From assembly GCA_023662865.1 (NCBI GenBank), contig JAMPIK010000009.1:3791-67790 (forward strand): a DNA stretch of 64,000 bases, given 5' to 3'. Numbering within the stretch: position 1 is the stretch's first letter; the number at the start of each line of letters is the position of its first letter. This document shows positions 19,302 through 28,205 of the stretch, piece after piece. The stretch is from Prevotella sp. (lineage in GTDB: Bacteria; Bacteroidota; Bacteroidia; Bacteroidales; Muribaculaceae). The notes beneath the pieces were generated by a model. It did no database searches. It was not told where the DNA came from and saw nothing but the letters and a program-made list of their open reading frames with translations. The translations under genes and the position numbers were made by a program.

Positions 19302-19423
19302 TTATTGTTGATTGGTGGAATGACGAACTCAATTTTGAGCTACGCGGTAATCAGTATGTTGCCACTGTAACCAAGAAGATTATCATCAAATAATAATCTT
19401 TGTCATGGTTTCAAGCAGGAAAT

Positions 19424-19454
19424 TTCGGTGTTTCGGATTTTTTTTGTACCTTTG
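19424..19454 (+). promoter_or_regulatory. Promoter of the pepP-to-helicase operon
   Basis: TTCG, 19 nt, TACCTTTG (19447-19454). Confidence 0.65.
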
Positions 19455-19493
19455 GGCTTTAAAACTGAAATTAATAAATTTTACCTTATAACC

Positions 19494-21290
19494 ATGGATA
19501 AAATACAGAAAACATATCTTGACGCACTGCGCAAGATGATGACAGCCGAAGGTATTCGCACAGTGATAATCTCCGGCACAGACCCGCATCAGAGTGAATT
19601 GCCGCCCGCTCACTGGCGTGACCGTGAGTGGCTTACCGGCTTTTGGAGTACTAACGGCACCAACGGTACAGCCGTAGTTACTCCCGACAAGGCTCTCTGC
19701 TGGACTGACTCTCGCTACTTCCTTCAAGCAACCGACCAGCTGAAAGGCACCGGCTTTGAAATGATGGAAGAAGATGGCCCGAATGCCGTAAATCTCGTTG
19801 ATTGGGTGACTGAAAACACCCCGGCCGGTGCCACAGTTGCTATCGACGGCACTACTTTCTCAATCTCACAGGCTCAGCAGATGGAGCAGGAATTCAACGA
19901 CAACGGCATACGCTTCAAAACTGATTTCGAGCCCTTCGATGCTCTCAATCCCGAACGTCCGGGTCGCCCCATGAACAAGTTGTTTGTACACGATGAGGCT
20001 ATCGTGGGCGAGACCGTTGACTCCAAAGTGGAGCGTGTAATGACAGAAGTGAAAGCCGAGCTGGCGAATGCAATAATGCTCTCGGCTCTTGATGATATCG
20101 CATGGACTACAAACCTGCGTACCGCCAACGATATATGCTATTCGCCCATGTATATCAGCTACTTGTACTTGTGCGACGAGAAGCGTGTGCTCTTCGTAGA
20201 CGAGCAGAAACTCACCGATGAGGTGAAGGCTCATCTTGACAGATACCGCATTGAAGTAATGCCTTATGAGAGTGTATTCGAGTTTGTGAAGAAGCTGCCC
20301 AAGGCAACCCGTCTGCTCATTGACCCGGCCAAGACATCACGCGCACTTTACGACAACCTCGGTTGCACACCCGTGTTCGGCGGTGTCGGTGTGGCCAAGC
20401 TCAAGAGTATCAAGAACGACAGCCAGATTGCAAGCCTTGACAAAGCTATGGAGAAAGACGGCGTGGCACTCACCCGCTTCTTCATGATGGTTGAGAAAGA
20501 GGCTCCCTCCGGCAAGCTTACCGAGGTGGAATTGGGCAAACGTCTGCGCGCCCTTCGCCTTGCCGACCCGGATTGTGTAGACGAAAGTTTCGCTGCCATT
20601 ATCGGTTGGAACGGCCACGGTGCTATTGTGCATTATGAAGCTACGGAAGAGACTGATGTCGCCATTGAGGGTAACGGCCTGTTGCTTGTAGACAGCGGCG
20701 GTCAGTACAAATGCGGTACTACCGACATCACTCGTACCATAGCCATCGGCACTCCCTCCAATGCCATGAAGCATGACTTCACATTGGTGATGAAGGGTCA
20801 CATCGCTCTGGCGCGTGCCATTTTCCCGGTTGGGACTACCGGCCATCAGCTTGATGTGCTGGCACGTCAGTTCTTGTGGGCCGAGGGCAAAGCATATTAC
20901 CACGGCACCGGCCACGGCGTAGGCTTCTTTATCAATTGCCACGAAGGTCCGCAGAACATTCGCCTGAACATTAATCCCACTCCGCTGGAACCGGGAATGA
21001 TTACCAGCAACGAGCCGGGTTTGTATCTGGAAGACCGCTATGGTATCCGCTGCGAGAACCTTATTGAGACCGTGCCTGCAATGGAAACGGAGTTCGGCAA
21101 GTTCCTCAAGTTCCGCACCGCCACACTCTTCCCGTTTGATCTGAACCTGTTCGATACCTCAATCATGACCGATGAGGAAATCGATTGGCTCAACGACTAT
21201 CATGCCATGGTACGCTCACGTCTGCTACCCTTGCTGACAGCAGAGGAAGCCGACTGGCTCACACAAAAGACAAACCCCTTAACCCGATAA
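19494..21290 (+). CDS. Aminopeptidase P family (M24B, Xaa-Pro aminopeptidase)
   Basis: DSGGQY..GTTDITRT, HGTGHGVG, HEGP, SNEPG, GIRCEN; start set at ATG 19494, downstream of the promoter. Confidence 0.95.
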   Translation: MDKIQKTYLDALRKMMTAEGIRTVIISGTDPHQSELPPAHWRDREWLTGFWSTNGTNGTAVVTPDKALCWTDSRYFLQATDQLKGTGFEMMEEDGPNAVNLVDWVTENTPAGATVAIDGTTFSISQAQQMEQEFNDNGIRFKTDFEPFDALNPERPGRPMNKLFVHDEAIVGETVDSKVERVMTEVKAELANAIMLSALDDIAWTTNLRTANDICYSPMYISYLYLCDEKRVLFVDEQKLTDEVKAHLDRYRIEVMPYESVFEFVKKLPKATRLLIDPAKTSRALYDNLGCTPVFGGVGVAKLKSIKNDSQIASLDKAMEKDGVALTRFFMMVEKEAPSGKLTEVELGKRLRALRLADPDCVDESFAAIIGWNGHGAIVHYEATEETDVAIEGNGLLLVDSGGQYKCGTTDITRTIAIGTPSNAMKHDFTLVMKGHIALARAIFPVGTTGHQLDVLARQFLWAEGKAYYHGTGHGVGFFINCHEGPQNIRLNINPTPLEPGMITSNEPGLYLEDRYGIRCENLIETVPAMETEFGKFLKFRTATLFPFDLNLFDTSIMTDEEIDWLNDYHAMVRSRLLPLLTAEEADWLTQKTNPLTR

Positions 21291-21294
21291 GTTC

Positions 21295-21876
21295 ATGGCT
21301 ATTATAGAATCAGTAAGAGGCTTCACTCCTATAATCGGAAAAGATACATTTCTGGCTACCAATGCAGTGGTGGTAGGTGATGTAGTGATGGGCAGCGAGT
21401 GCTCCGTATGGTTCGGCACCGTGCTTCGCGGCGATGTGAACTCAATCCGCATCGGCGACCGTGTCAATATCCAAGACGGCTCGGTGCTGCACACCCTTTA
21501 TCAGAAATCCACCATTGAGATTGGCAACGATGTCTCAATAGGCCATAATGTGGTGATACACGGAGCCAAGATACATGACCTTGCACTCATAGGCATGGGC
21601 GCAATTGTGATGGACGATGCCGAAGTGGGCGAAGGCGCACTTGTGGCAGCCGGTTCCGTTGTGCTCAGTCGTACCAAAATCGGGGCTCACGAAATGTGGG
21701 CCGGTGCTCCCGCCAAATTCGTTAAAATGGTTGAGCCGGAGAAGGCACGCGAGATGAACCATAAGATAGCTCGTAACTATCTTATGTACAGCAAATGGTA
21801 TGACCGTCAGGCAGATGCCTCCGTTGAAGAGGAAGCTGCCGAGAACGGCTCCGCCGATGCAATGAGACATGAATGA
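21295..21876 (+). CDS. Gamma carbonic anhydrase-like hexapeptide-repeat protein (YrdA/CaiE family)
   Basis: LRGDVNSIRIG..NIQD..VLH, IGHNVVIHG (three metal-binding His). Confidence 0.92.
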   Translation: MAIIESVRGFTPIIGKDTFLATNAVVVGDVVMGSECSVWFGTVLRGDVNSIRIGDRVNIQDGSVLHTLYQKSTIEIGNDVSIGHNVVIHGAKIHDLALIGMGAIVMDDAEVGEGALVAAGSVVLSRTKIGAHEMWAGAPAKFVKMVEPEKAREMNHKIARNYLMYSKWYDRQADASVEEEAAENGSADAMRHE

Positions 21877-22805
21877 TTGGTAAGTTTTTGGCATATCTCA
21901 CCCTGGAGGTCAATGCCTCTAAATGCACGGTAAGTGCATACGGCACAGACTTGCGGCAACTCTCGCAGTGGCTGCGGGGTGAGAATGTCAAAAATACGGA
22001 AGAAGCTGATTTTACATCAGTTACACTCTCTGACTTGCGTGCATGGCTCGCGCATTTGGGCTTACAAGGCTTGAGTGCGCGGACTATGCGGCGCAAAGCG
22101 TTGTCGGTACGCACTTTTTACCGCTTCTTGCTGCGCGAGGGGGTAGTCTCTCACAGTCCGGCCTCCGATTTGACATTGCCCAAGCTCGGCAAGCCTCTCC
22201 CGGCTCTGATTAAGGAAGACGAGTTGGAAAAGATTGTCAGCGATGAAGCCTTTGCCACAGACGACTGGCAGGCCTGTCGCGACAGCCTGATAATCGACAT
22301 ACTCTATTCCACCGGACTTCGCCGAAGCGAACTCGTAGCTCTGAAAGACCGCGATTTGGATTTCGCCAGATGCGAAATGCGAGTATTAGGTAAAAGACGC
22401 AAAGAGCGTATTGTGCCTCTCGCTCCGCAGCTTATAGAGCGAATGAAGCATTATCTGCGATTGCGCAAGGAGCAATGGCCGGAACCGGTCGCCGGCGCCA
22501 ACGGTGCGTTTTTATTAACAAATCAAGGCTTGCCAATGAACAATACCGCCCTCTGGCGCATTGTAAAAGTAGAACTCTCTTCAACGACAGGCAAGAAAAC
22601 GCCGCACACTCTCCGCCACACTTTCGCTACATCGCTGCTGCGCGACGGTGCGGAAATCAACAGTGTGAAAGAGCTGCTCGGCCACTCTTCGTTGGCCACA
22701 ACACAGATTTATACACACCTCTCCTTTAGTGAGTTGCAACATAATTACAAACTGGCTCACCCCAGAGCCACCAAAAAAACTGACCACCATGGAAGTACAG
22801 ATTAA
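21873..22805 (+). CDS. xerC: Chromosomal tyrosine recombinase XerC/XerD
   Basis: SAM-like N-domain; TGLRRSE, GKRRKER, HTLRHTFAT, LLGHSSLATTQIYTH. Confidence 0.85.
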   Translation: MIGKFLAYLTLEVNASKCTVSAYGTDLRQLSQWLRGENVKNTEEADFTSVTLSDLRAWLAHLGLQGLSARTMRRKALSVRTFYRFLLREGVVSHSPASDLTLPKLGKPLPALIKEDELEKIVSDEAFATDDWQACRDSLIIDILYSTGLRRSELVALKDRDLDFARCEMRVLGKRRKERIVPLAPQLIERMKHYLRLRKEQWPEPVAGANGAFLLTNQGLPMNNTALWRIVKVELSSTTGKKTPHTLRHTFATSLLRDGAEINSVKELLGHSSLATTQIYTHLSFSELQHNYKLAHPRATKKTDHHGSTD

Positions 22806-23082
22806 AGCCATTCATTTCGACATCACAGAACGCCTCGTCTCCTTCATAAACAAGAAATTGGATAAACTGGCACGACGTTTTGAAGCCGTTACCGATGCTG
22901 AAGTATCGCTGAAGGTGGTAAAGCCGGAAACCGCGATGAACAAGGAAGCCGGCATCAAACTCATTCTTCCCGACTCTCCCGACTTGTTCGCATCAAAGAC
23001 TGCCGACACCTTTGAGGAAGCAGTAGACAATTGCCTTGAAGCTCTGGAAAAGCAGCTGGAAAAAGAAAAGGGCAAGAAGTAA
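22789..23082 (+). CDS. hpf: Ribosome hibernation factor HPF/RaiA
   Basis: MEVQIKAIHFDITERL...DTFEEAVD; start at ATG 22789, overlapping the xerC end by 17 nt. Confidence 0.92.
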   Translation: MEVQIKAIHFDITERLVSFINKKLDKLARRFEAVTDAEVSLKVVKPETAMNKEAGIKLILPDSPDLFASKTADTFEEAVDNCLEALEKQLEKEKGKK

Positions 23083-23519
23083 TGACCGAAAAGAATGATT
23101 GCGGCACTCCCCTTGACAAGGTGAGAGTGCTTGAATTTCCGAAAATCTGCGACCCCCGCGGCAATCTTTCGTTTGTCGAGGGGGCTCGCCATGTGCCATT
23201 TTCCATCCGGCGTGTGTTCTATATATATGACGTACCCGGCGGAGAAACTCGCGGAGGACATGCACACAAGGAGTGTGCCATAGTATTGCTGGCAATTGCC
23301 GGTTCATTTGATGTGCGCCTCACCGATGGCACAAACGAGAAAGTGGTACGTCTGAACCGTGCCAACAAGGGTGTGCTGATTCCTCCCGGTGTCTGGGACG
23401 TGATGACCGATTTCACAACCGGCACCGTCGCTCTCGCACTTGCTTCTCACCCATACGAGGAGGAAGACTATATCCGCGATTATGATGAGTTTCTTGCATA
23501 TACAAAGGATTGCAAATGA
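23082..23519 (+). CDS. dTDP-4-keto-6-deoxyhexose 3,4-ketoisomerase (FdtA/QdtA cupin)
   Basis: DPRGNL, RGGHAHK, GSFDV cupin motifs. Confidence 0.9.
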   Translation: MTEKNDCGTPLDKVRVLEFPKICDPRGNLSFVEGARHVPFSIRRVFYIYDVPGGETRGGHAHKECAIVLLAIAGSFDVRLTDGTNEKVVRLNRANKGVLIPPGVWDVMTDFTTGTVALALASHPYEEEDYIRDYDEFLAYTKDCK

Positions 23520-24616
23520 AATTGATTTCTTTTCTTGATATGTGCAGACTTACGGAGTCTTATGCCTCCGAGCTGAAAGATGCGTGTGCAAAAGTAATTG
23601 ACTCCGGTCGCTTCCTGCACGGCGAACAGACACGTTTGTTTGAATCGGAACTGGCAGCAAGCTGTGGCGCCAAGTATGCAGTTGCCGTGAGCAACGGGCT
23701 TGATGCGCTGCGATTGAGCATGAAAGCATGGATAGAACTCGGCATGGTTTCTCCCGGCGATGAGGTGATTGTTTCTGCCAATACATATATCGCCTCCGTG
23801 CTTGCAATCTGTGATGCCGGGCTTACCCCGGTACTTGTAGAGCCTGAACCGCAGACAATGAATTTGGATCCCGAAAAGGTAGCCGAAGCAATTACAGACC
23901 GTACACGCGCAATAATGGAGGTACATCTGTATGGCACTCCGGCGCGTCATGCGCAAATCAAGGAAATAGCTCGTAAACATAATTTGCTGATTATAGAAGA
24001 TAACGCTCAAGCCATTGGCGCCAAGGAGTTTGACCTTAATACCGGCAATATGGGCGATGTGGCCGCATTCAGCTTTTATCCTACTAAGAACATCGGTGCA
24101 TTAGGTGATGCCGGTGCTGTAACCACCAACGATGAGAGGGTAGCTCAAGCCGTACGCACACTTGCCAACTACGGCTCCGACTACCGTTATCATAACATAT
24201 ACAAGGGCTATAACTGCCGTATGGACGAAATCCAAGCTGCAATGTTGCGAGTTAAACTGCGCCGGTTGCCGGAAGAAACAATACATCGGCAAGCAATTGT
24301 TCTTATATATGAGCAAAACATAAGACATACCGAAGTGATGAAGCCGGCGATAATTCCCGAAATGACACAGGTGTGGCATCAATACGTAATACGCACAGCA
24401 CACCGCGACAAATTACGCAATTATCTGTCAGCCAACGGTGTGCAAACAGACATCCATTACGCCACACCGCCGCATCTACAACCCTGCTTCAAAGATTTGA
24501 GACATCGCCCCTTACCCTTTACCGAGCAATTGGCCACCGAAGTTATAAGCCTGCCGATTGCCTCCCTTATACCCGAAGAAGCAACCTGCATCGCAACCCT
24601 CATAAACAATTTTTGA
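23516..24616 (+). CDS. DegT/DnrJ/EryC1/StrS sugar aminotransferase (FdtB/QdtB-like)
   Basis: [26 protein letters not shown] (PLP Lys), [11 protein letters not shown]; ATGA overlap with fdtA. Confidence 0.93.
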   Translation: MKLISFLDMCRLTESYASELKDACAKVIDSGRFLHGEQTRLFESELAASCGAKYAVAVSNGLDALRLSMKAWIELGMVSPGDEVIVSANTYIASVLAICDAGLTPVLVEPEPQTMNLDPEKVAEAITDRTRAIMEVHLYGTPARHAQIKEIARKHNLLIIEDNAQAIGAKEFDLNTGNMGDVAAFSFYPTKNIGALGDAGAVTTNDERVAQAVRTLANYGSDYRYHNIYKGYNCRMDEIQAAMLRVKLRRLPEETIHRQAIVLIYEQNIRHTEVMKPAIIPEMTQVWHQYVIRTAHRDKLRNYLSANGVQTDIHYATPPHLQPCFKDLRHRPLPFTEQLATEVISLPIASLIPEEATCIATLINNF

Positions 24617-24619
24617 CGA

Positions 24620-24964
24620 ATGGATTGGAAAGATATATTGTTGGCAAAGAGTGCCGAAATGGGTATTGCCCCGGATGAAAATGTCGGGACTGTCGCCAAT
24701 GAGTCTGAAACGCCCGTGTTTACCCCGTCCGCTCACCCTGCACTACATGTGGTGGTGGAGCGCAGAGGACGCGGTGGCAAAACAGCTACCATAGTGGAGG
24801 GCTTTGAGTGTGAAGATGCCGAGCTTAAAAAGATTGCGGCTCGCCTGAAAAGCTCATTGTGTACGGGCGGCTCGGCACGCGGCGGCGAGATTTTAATACA
24901 AGGCGACTGTCGCGACAGAGTACGCCAGTGCCTTAAATCCATGGGTTTCAAACTGAAAGGTTAG
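24620..24964 (+). CDS. SUI1/YciH-like translation factor
   Basis: ERRGRGGKTATIVEGF, LKSSLCTGGS, ILIQGD. Confidence 0.9.
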   Translation: MDWKDILLAKSAEMGIAPDENVGTVANESETPVFTPSAHPALHVVVERRGRGGKTATIVEGFECEDAELKKIAARLKSSLCTGGSARGGEILIQGDCRDRVRQCLKSMGFKLKG

Positions 24965-24971
24965 AGGAAAG

Positions 24972-27900
24972 ATGCTTTTACAACGTGCCTCCGCAGGATC
25001 AGGCAAAACTTTTAAATTAGCCAAGACATATATTCGTTTGTTTATCTCCACACGCGAGGACGGCTCGGATTTCTACCGTCTGCTCTCTCCCGGTGAGGTG
25101 CGCGATGCGCATACTCATATATTGGGCATCACTTTCACCAACAAGGCCACAAATGAGATGAAGCAGCGTATCGTTGAGAAACTTGCCGCTCTCGCTGCAC
25201 CGGTGCCGGTTGAGGGTATGGAGCCCCCCGAATATAAATTCCCGGATTATCTACTTGACTTTACCGGCGAGTCGCAGCTTGCCGACCCCCTTGAAGATGT
25301 AATTTATGTATCCAAAGGAATACCGGCACGTCGTCATGAAATTACGGAAACTTGTCAAGCCGCCCTGTCCTCGCTCCTGAATAATTACAGCAACTTCAAT
25401 ATATCGACAATCGACTCTTTTTTTCAAGGCGTGTTGCGTACTCTGGCATATGAATTGCGCATTAACGATACATATCATGTCGAGCTCAACGATGACTACC
25501 TTGCGCAAGCCGGTGTAGACGAGACGCTGAGCGCAGTAAAAGATACTTCCCCCGCCGACTCACTCCGCGCCGATATGGCCAACTATATGAAAAATTGGTT
25601 GGGCACGGTAATGCGCCGCCGCCTTGAACAAGGCGATACTTGGGATGCCTTTTCTCGCAAAAGTCAAACCGGCATCTACAGCGAATTGGTGGCTATGGCC
25701 TCAAAAATGAGTCGTGAGGACTTCAAGAAACATCTTGCCGGGATGCAAGAATATTTTGCTACCCCGGAGCGGTTTATGAATTTCTATAACGGAGTGCTTC
25801 GTGCCTCCGGGCAGGTAAATAGGTTGCATCGGAAAATGAAAGAGGCAGCCACGGCCTTTATGCGCGACACCAATCCCGGGTCTTGGCAAAAAGGTGTGGC
25901 AAGCGTGATTTCAAATATACTTGATTCGCCTCCGTTTGGCAGGGTTAAAATCAACAAGAAAATTGAATGTAACCGCACCGGAGCCGAACAAGGCAAAAAC
26001 GCCCCGTTCATAGACGGTAGGCCCGAACGAAGTAATCCCGCTGCGCAACAGTTGTTTACCGCCGTGTGCGATGCTTTCTTCGAATGGGACGCCCAACGTA
26101 TGTATTGGTCTGCTTTATTGTCCAGATTGCATTATTTGGGAGCGTTGTACTATATAAGCGAGAGCATGGACGCTTTTCTCAATGAGAACAACCTTATTCC
26201 GCTTAGTGCCACCAATGAGATTTTGAACAAAATCATAGGCAAAGACGAAGTGCCTTTCATATATGAACGCACCGGGGTGAGTTTGCAGCATTTCTTGCTT
26301 GATGAGTTTCAAGACACCTCGCGTCTGCAATGGGACAATCTCAAGTCCCTGTTGGCTCAGAGCGATGCCTATGGACATGAGAATCTGATTATCGGCGATG
26401 CGAAGCAAAGTATATATCGCTTTCGCAACGCAGACCCGGAGTTGATTAACTCACAAGTTAAGAAAGACTTTCCGCGTACATGTGTGTTGCCCGATTCGCT
26501 ACCCGCCGACTCCGAGCAACGCCGTGCCGTGAATACCAATTGGCGCTCCTCAAAGCATATAGTAGCTTTCAATAACACATTATTTAATGCAATGGCTCCG
26601 CTTCTTGATGAAGAGGAATCCTCCGGACAAAAGATTTTCAGCTCTCTTTACGGCAATGTTGTCCAAAACATTAAGCACATGGACAAGGCCGGATACGTGC
26701 AAATTAACTTCGGTGACCCCGACAGTTTCAACAAACTAGGGCCGCTGATTGATTCACTGCGCAGTCGCGGCTACAATATGAGCAACATTGCCATACTCAC
26801 CGATACGCAGACCGACGGACAACAGGCAATCCGGGCTATTATTGCGCACAATGAGTCTAAAATTAAGGAGGCACAACAGTCCGATGAAAAATATGCCCCG
26901 ATTGAGTTTATCAGCGAGGAGTCGCTGCTCGTTGGTGAGTCTGCCGCCGTCAAGGTGATACTCGCTGTCATGTCGTTGATAAGCAATGACTTTGTCGTGC
27001 CGGGGAGTACTCACGATCCAAATAATCCGGACCCGGACTCGCCTTTGCATATGCGTCCGCATGAGCTTGCCAAACTGGAAGCAAACTTCAATATAGGTCT
27101 CTCCATGGGTACGATAACTGGATTTTCAGACCTTGACACGCTCAATCAAACCATTACTTCCGAACAAGTGGAAGCACTGTACCGCCGAATGGGTGCTACC
27201 ACGCTCCCGACATTGGTTGAAAATATCGCTTCCGCTTTCCTTACAGATAAGCTGCTCACCAATCAAGTGGCCTATATATCAGCATTTCAGGATATTGTTC
27301 TTGAATATTGTGATGCTTACACTTCGGACCTGTGTTCCTTCCTCAATTGGTGGAAAGAAAACGGCAGTAAATATTCAATAGCCGCCCCGGAGGGTGTCGA
27401 TGCACTCCAGATACTCACCGTTCATAAGTCGAAAGGACTTGAATTTGATGTCGTAATCATGCCCAAGGCAGATTGGAATCTCGCTCCTGCAAAAGAGCAT
27501 AAGGAGATACTTTGGGTGAGTCATATACCCGAAGGCCTTACCGAGAGCGAAATCGCTGATGTGCCTGATTATTTGCCGATTACTCCTAACGGTGCAACAA
27601 TGAACAACCCCGAATCTCCGTTTTATAAGGAATACCATAAATATTTCAACGAGGGGCGTATGGATCAGCTCAATAAAACATATGTAGCTTTTACGCGTGC
27701 TGCGAAAGAGCTGTATGTCACTGCTCCGCAAGGAGGGAAGGACTCTCAAAAAGTAGGCAAATATATGCGTACGGCACTTAACCGAATAATCTCGGACTCA
27801 ACAAACAACAATCCAAATTTAATGGATTTATCGGAACTAACCATTGATGGCGATGTGTACACCTATGGCTCAATCGATGCAGTCGTACCCAACAAAGAGA

Positions 27901-28004
27901 AAGATGAAAAGGAGTCCGACAATGTAATAGTAATAGACCGTTACGCGCCGTCACGCCCACTGACCTCCGCCGATGCTCACTTCACCCTCAAAGACAATAA
28001 CTGA
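24972..28004 (+). CDS. UvrD/AddA-like SF1 helicase with no C-terminal nuclease domain
   Basis: ASAGSGKT, TFTNKATNEMK, LDEFQDTS, GDAKQSIYRFR, NWRS, TVHKSKGLEF, YVAFTRA; ends about 95 aa after motif VI. Confidence 0.9.
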   Translation: MLLQRASAGSGKTFKLAKTYIRLFISTREDGSDFYRLLSPGEVRDAHTHILGITFTNKATNEMKQRIVEKLAALAAPVPVEGMEPPEYKFPDYLLDFTGESQLADPLEDVIYVSKGIPARRHEITETCQAALSSLLNNYSNFNISTIDSFFQGVLRTLAYELRINDTYHVELNDDYLAQAGVDETLSAVKDTSPADSLRADMANYMKNWLGTVMRRRLEQGDTWDAFSRKSQTGIYSELVAMASKMSREDFKKHLAGMQEYFATPERFMNFYNGVLRASGQVNRLHRKMKEAATAFMRDTNPGSWQKGVASVISNILDSPPFGRVKINKKIECNRTGAEQGKNAPFIDGRPERSNPAAQQLFTAVCDAFFEWDAQRMYWSALLSRLHYLGALYYISESMDAFLNENNLIPLSATNEILNKIIGKDEVPFIYERTGVSLQHFLLDEFQDTSRLQWDNLKSLLAQSDAYGHENLIIGDAKQSIYRFRNADPELINSQVKKDFPRTCVLPDSLPADSEQRRAVNTNWRSSKHIVAFNNTLFNAMAPLLDEEESSGQKIFSSLYGNVVQNIKHMDKAGYVQINFGDPDSFNKLGPLIDSLRSRGYNMSNIAILTDTQTDGQQAIRAIIAHNESKIKEAQQSDEKYAPIEFISEESLLVGESAAVKVILAVMSLISNDFVVPGSTHDPNNPDPDSPLHMRPHELAKLEANFNIGLSMGTITGFSDLDTLNQTITSEQVEALYRRMGATTLPTLVENIASAFLTDKLLTNQVAYISAFQDIVLEYCDAYTSDLCSFLNWWKENGSKYSIAAPEGVDALQILTVHKSKGLEFDVVIMPKADWNLAPAKEHKEILWVSHIPEGLTESEIADVPDYLPITPNGATMNNPESPFYKEYHKYFNEGRMDQLNKTYVAFTRAAKELYVTAPQGGKDSQKVGKYMRTALNRIISDSTNNNPNLMDLSELTIDGDVYTYGSIDAVVPNKEKDEKESDNVIVIDRYAPSRPLTSADAHFTLKDNN

Positions 28005-28014
28005 ACATGGGTAT

Positions 28015-28048
28015 AAAAAAATTGATTGTCTCACGACAACCAATCAAT
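28015..28048 (-). terminator. Intrinsic terminator on the minus strand
   Basis: auuga[uugg]uuguc-GUGA-gacaa ucaau followed by a U run (A tract 28015-28021 on the plus strand). Confidence 0.6.
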
Positions 28049-28084
28049 ATTAACCTTAAAATCTAATACCATGAAAAACTGTTG

Positions 28085-28115
28085 CAAATTTACAAGTATT
28101 TTCTGTAATTGCAAA
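28085..28115 (-). promoter_or_regulatory. Orphan consensus sigma-A promoter downstream of cls
   Basis: TTTG (28112-28115), 19 nt, TAAATTTG (28085-28092). Confidence 0.65.
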
Positions 28116-28205
28116 ATGTATTAATGATTTTTGAATTTGTTTAACAAAAAATGACTTGTTGGGTCAAAATGCTCCGAACTGCATCGCACGTGTTCGGGGG
28201 TATCC

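Noticed and set aside
21295-21876. Hexapeptide protein as the missing N-acetyltransferase for fdtAB
   Set aside because: It retains the three metal-binding His and the RGD/NIQD motifs of gamma carbonic anhydrase-like proteins.
22770-22791. A7 run where loss of one base would fuse XerC to HPF in frame
   Set aside because: The run is short, there is no stimulatory signal, and hpf has its own normal ATG; a simple overlap is sufficient.
21873-22805. Tyrosine recombinase as the integrase of a mobile element
   Set aside because: It has housekeeping XerC/D length and motifs, is embedded by overlaps in a core operon, and has no att sites or cargo.
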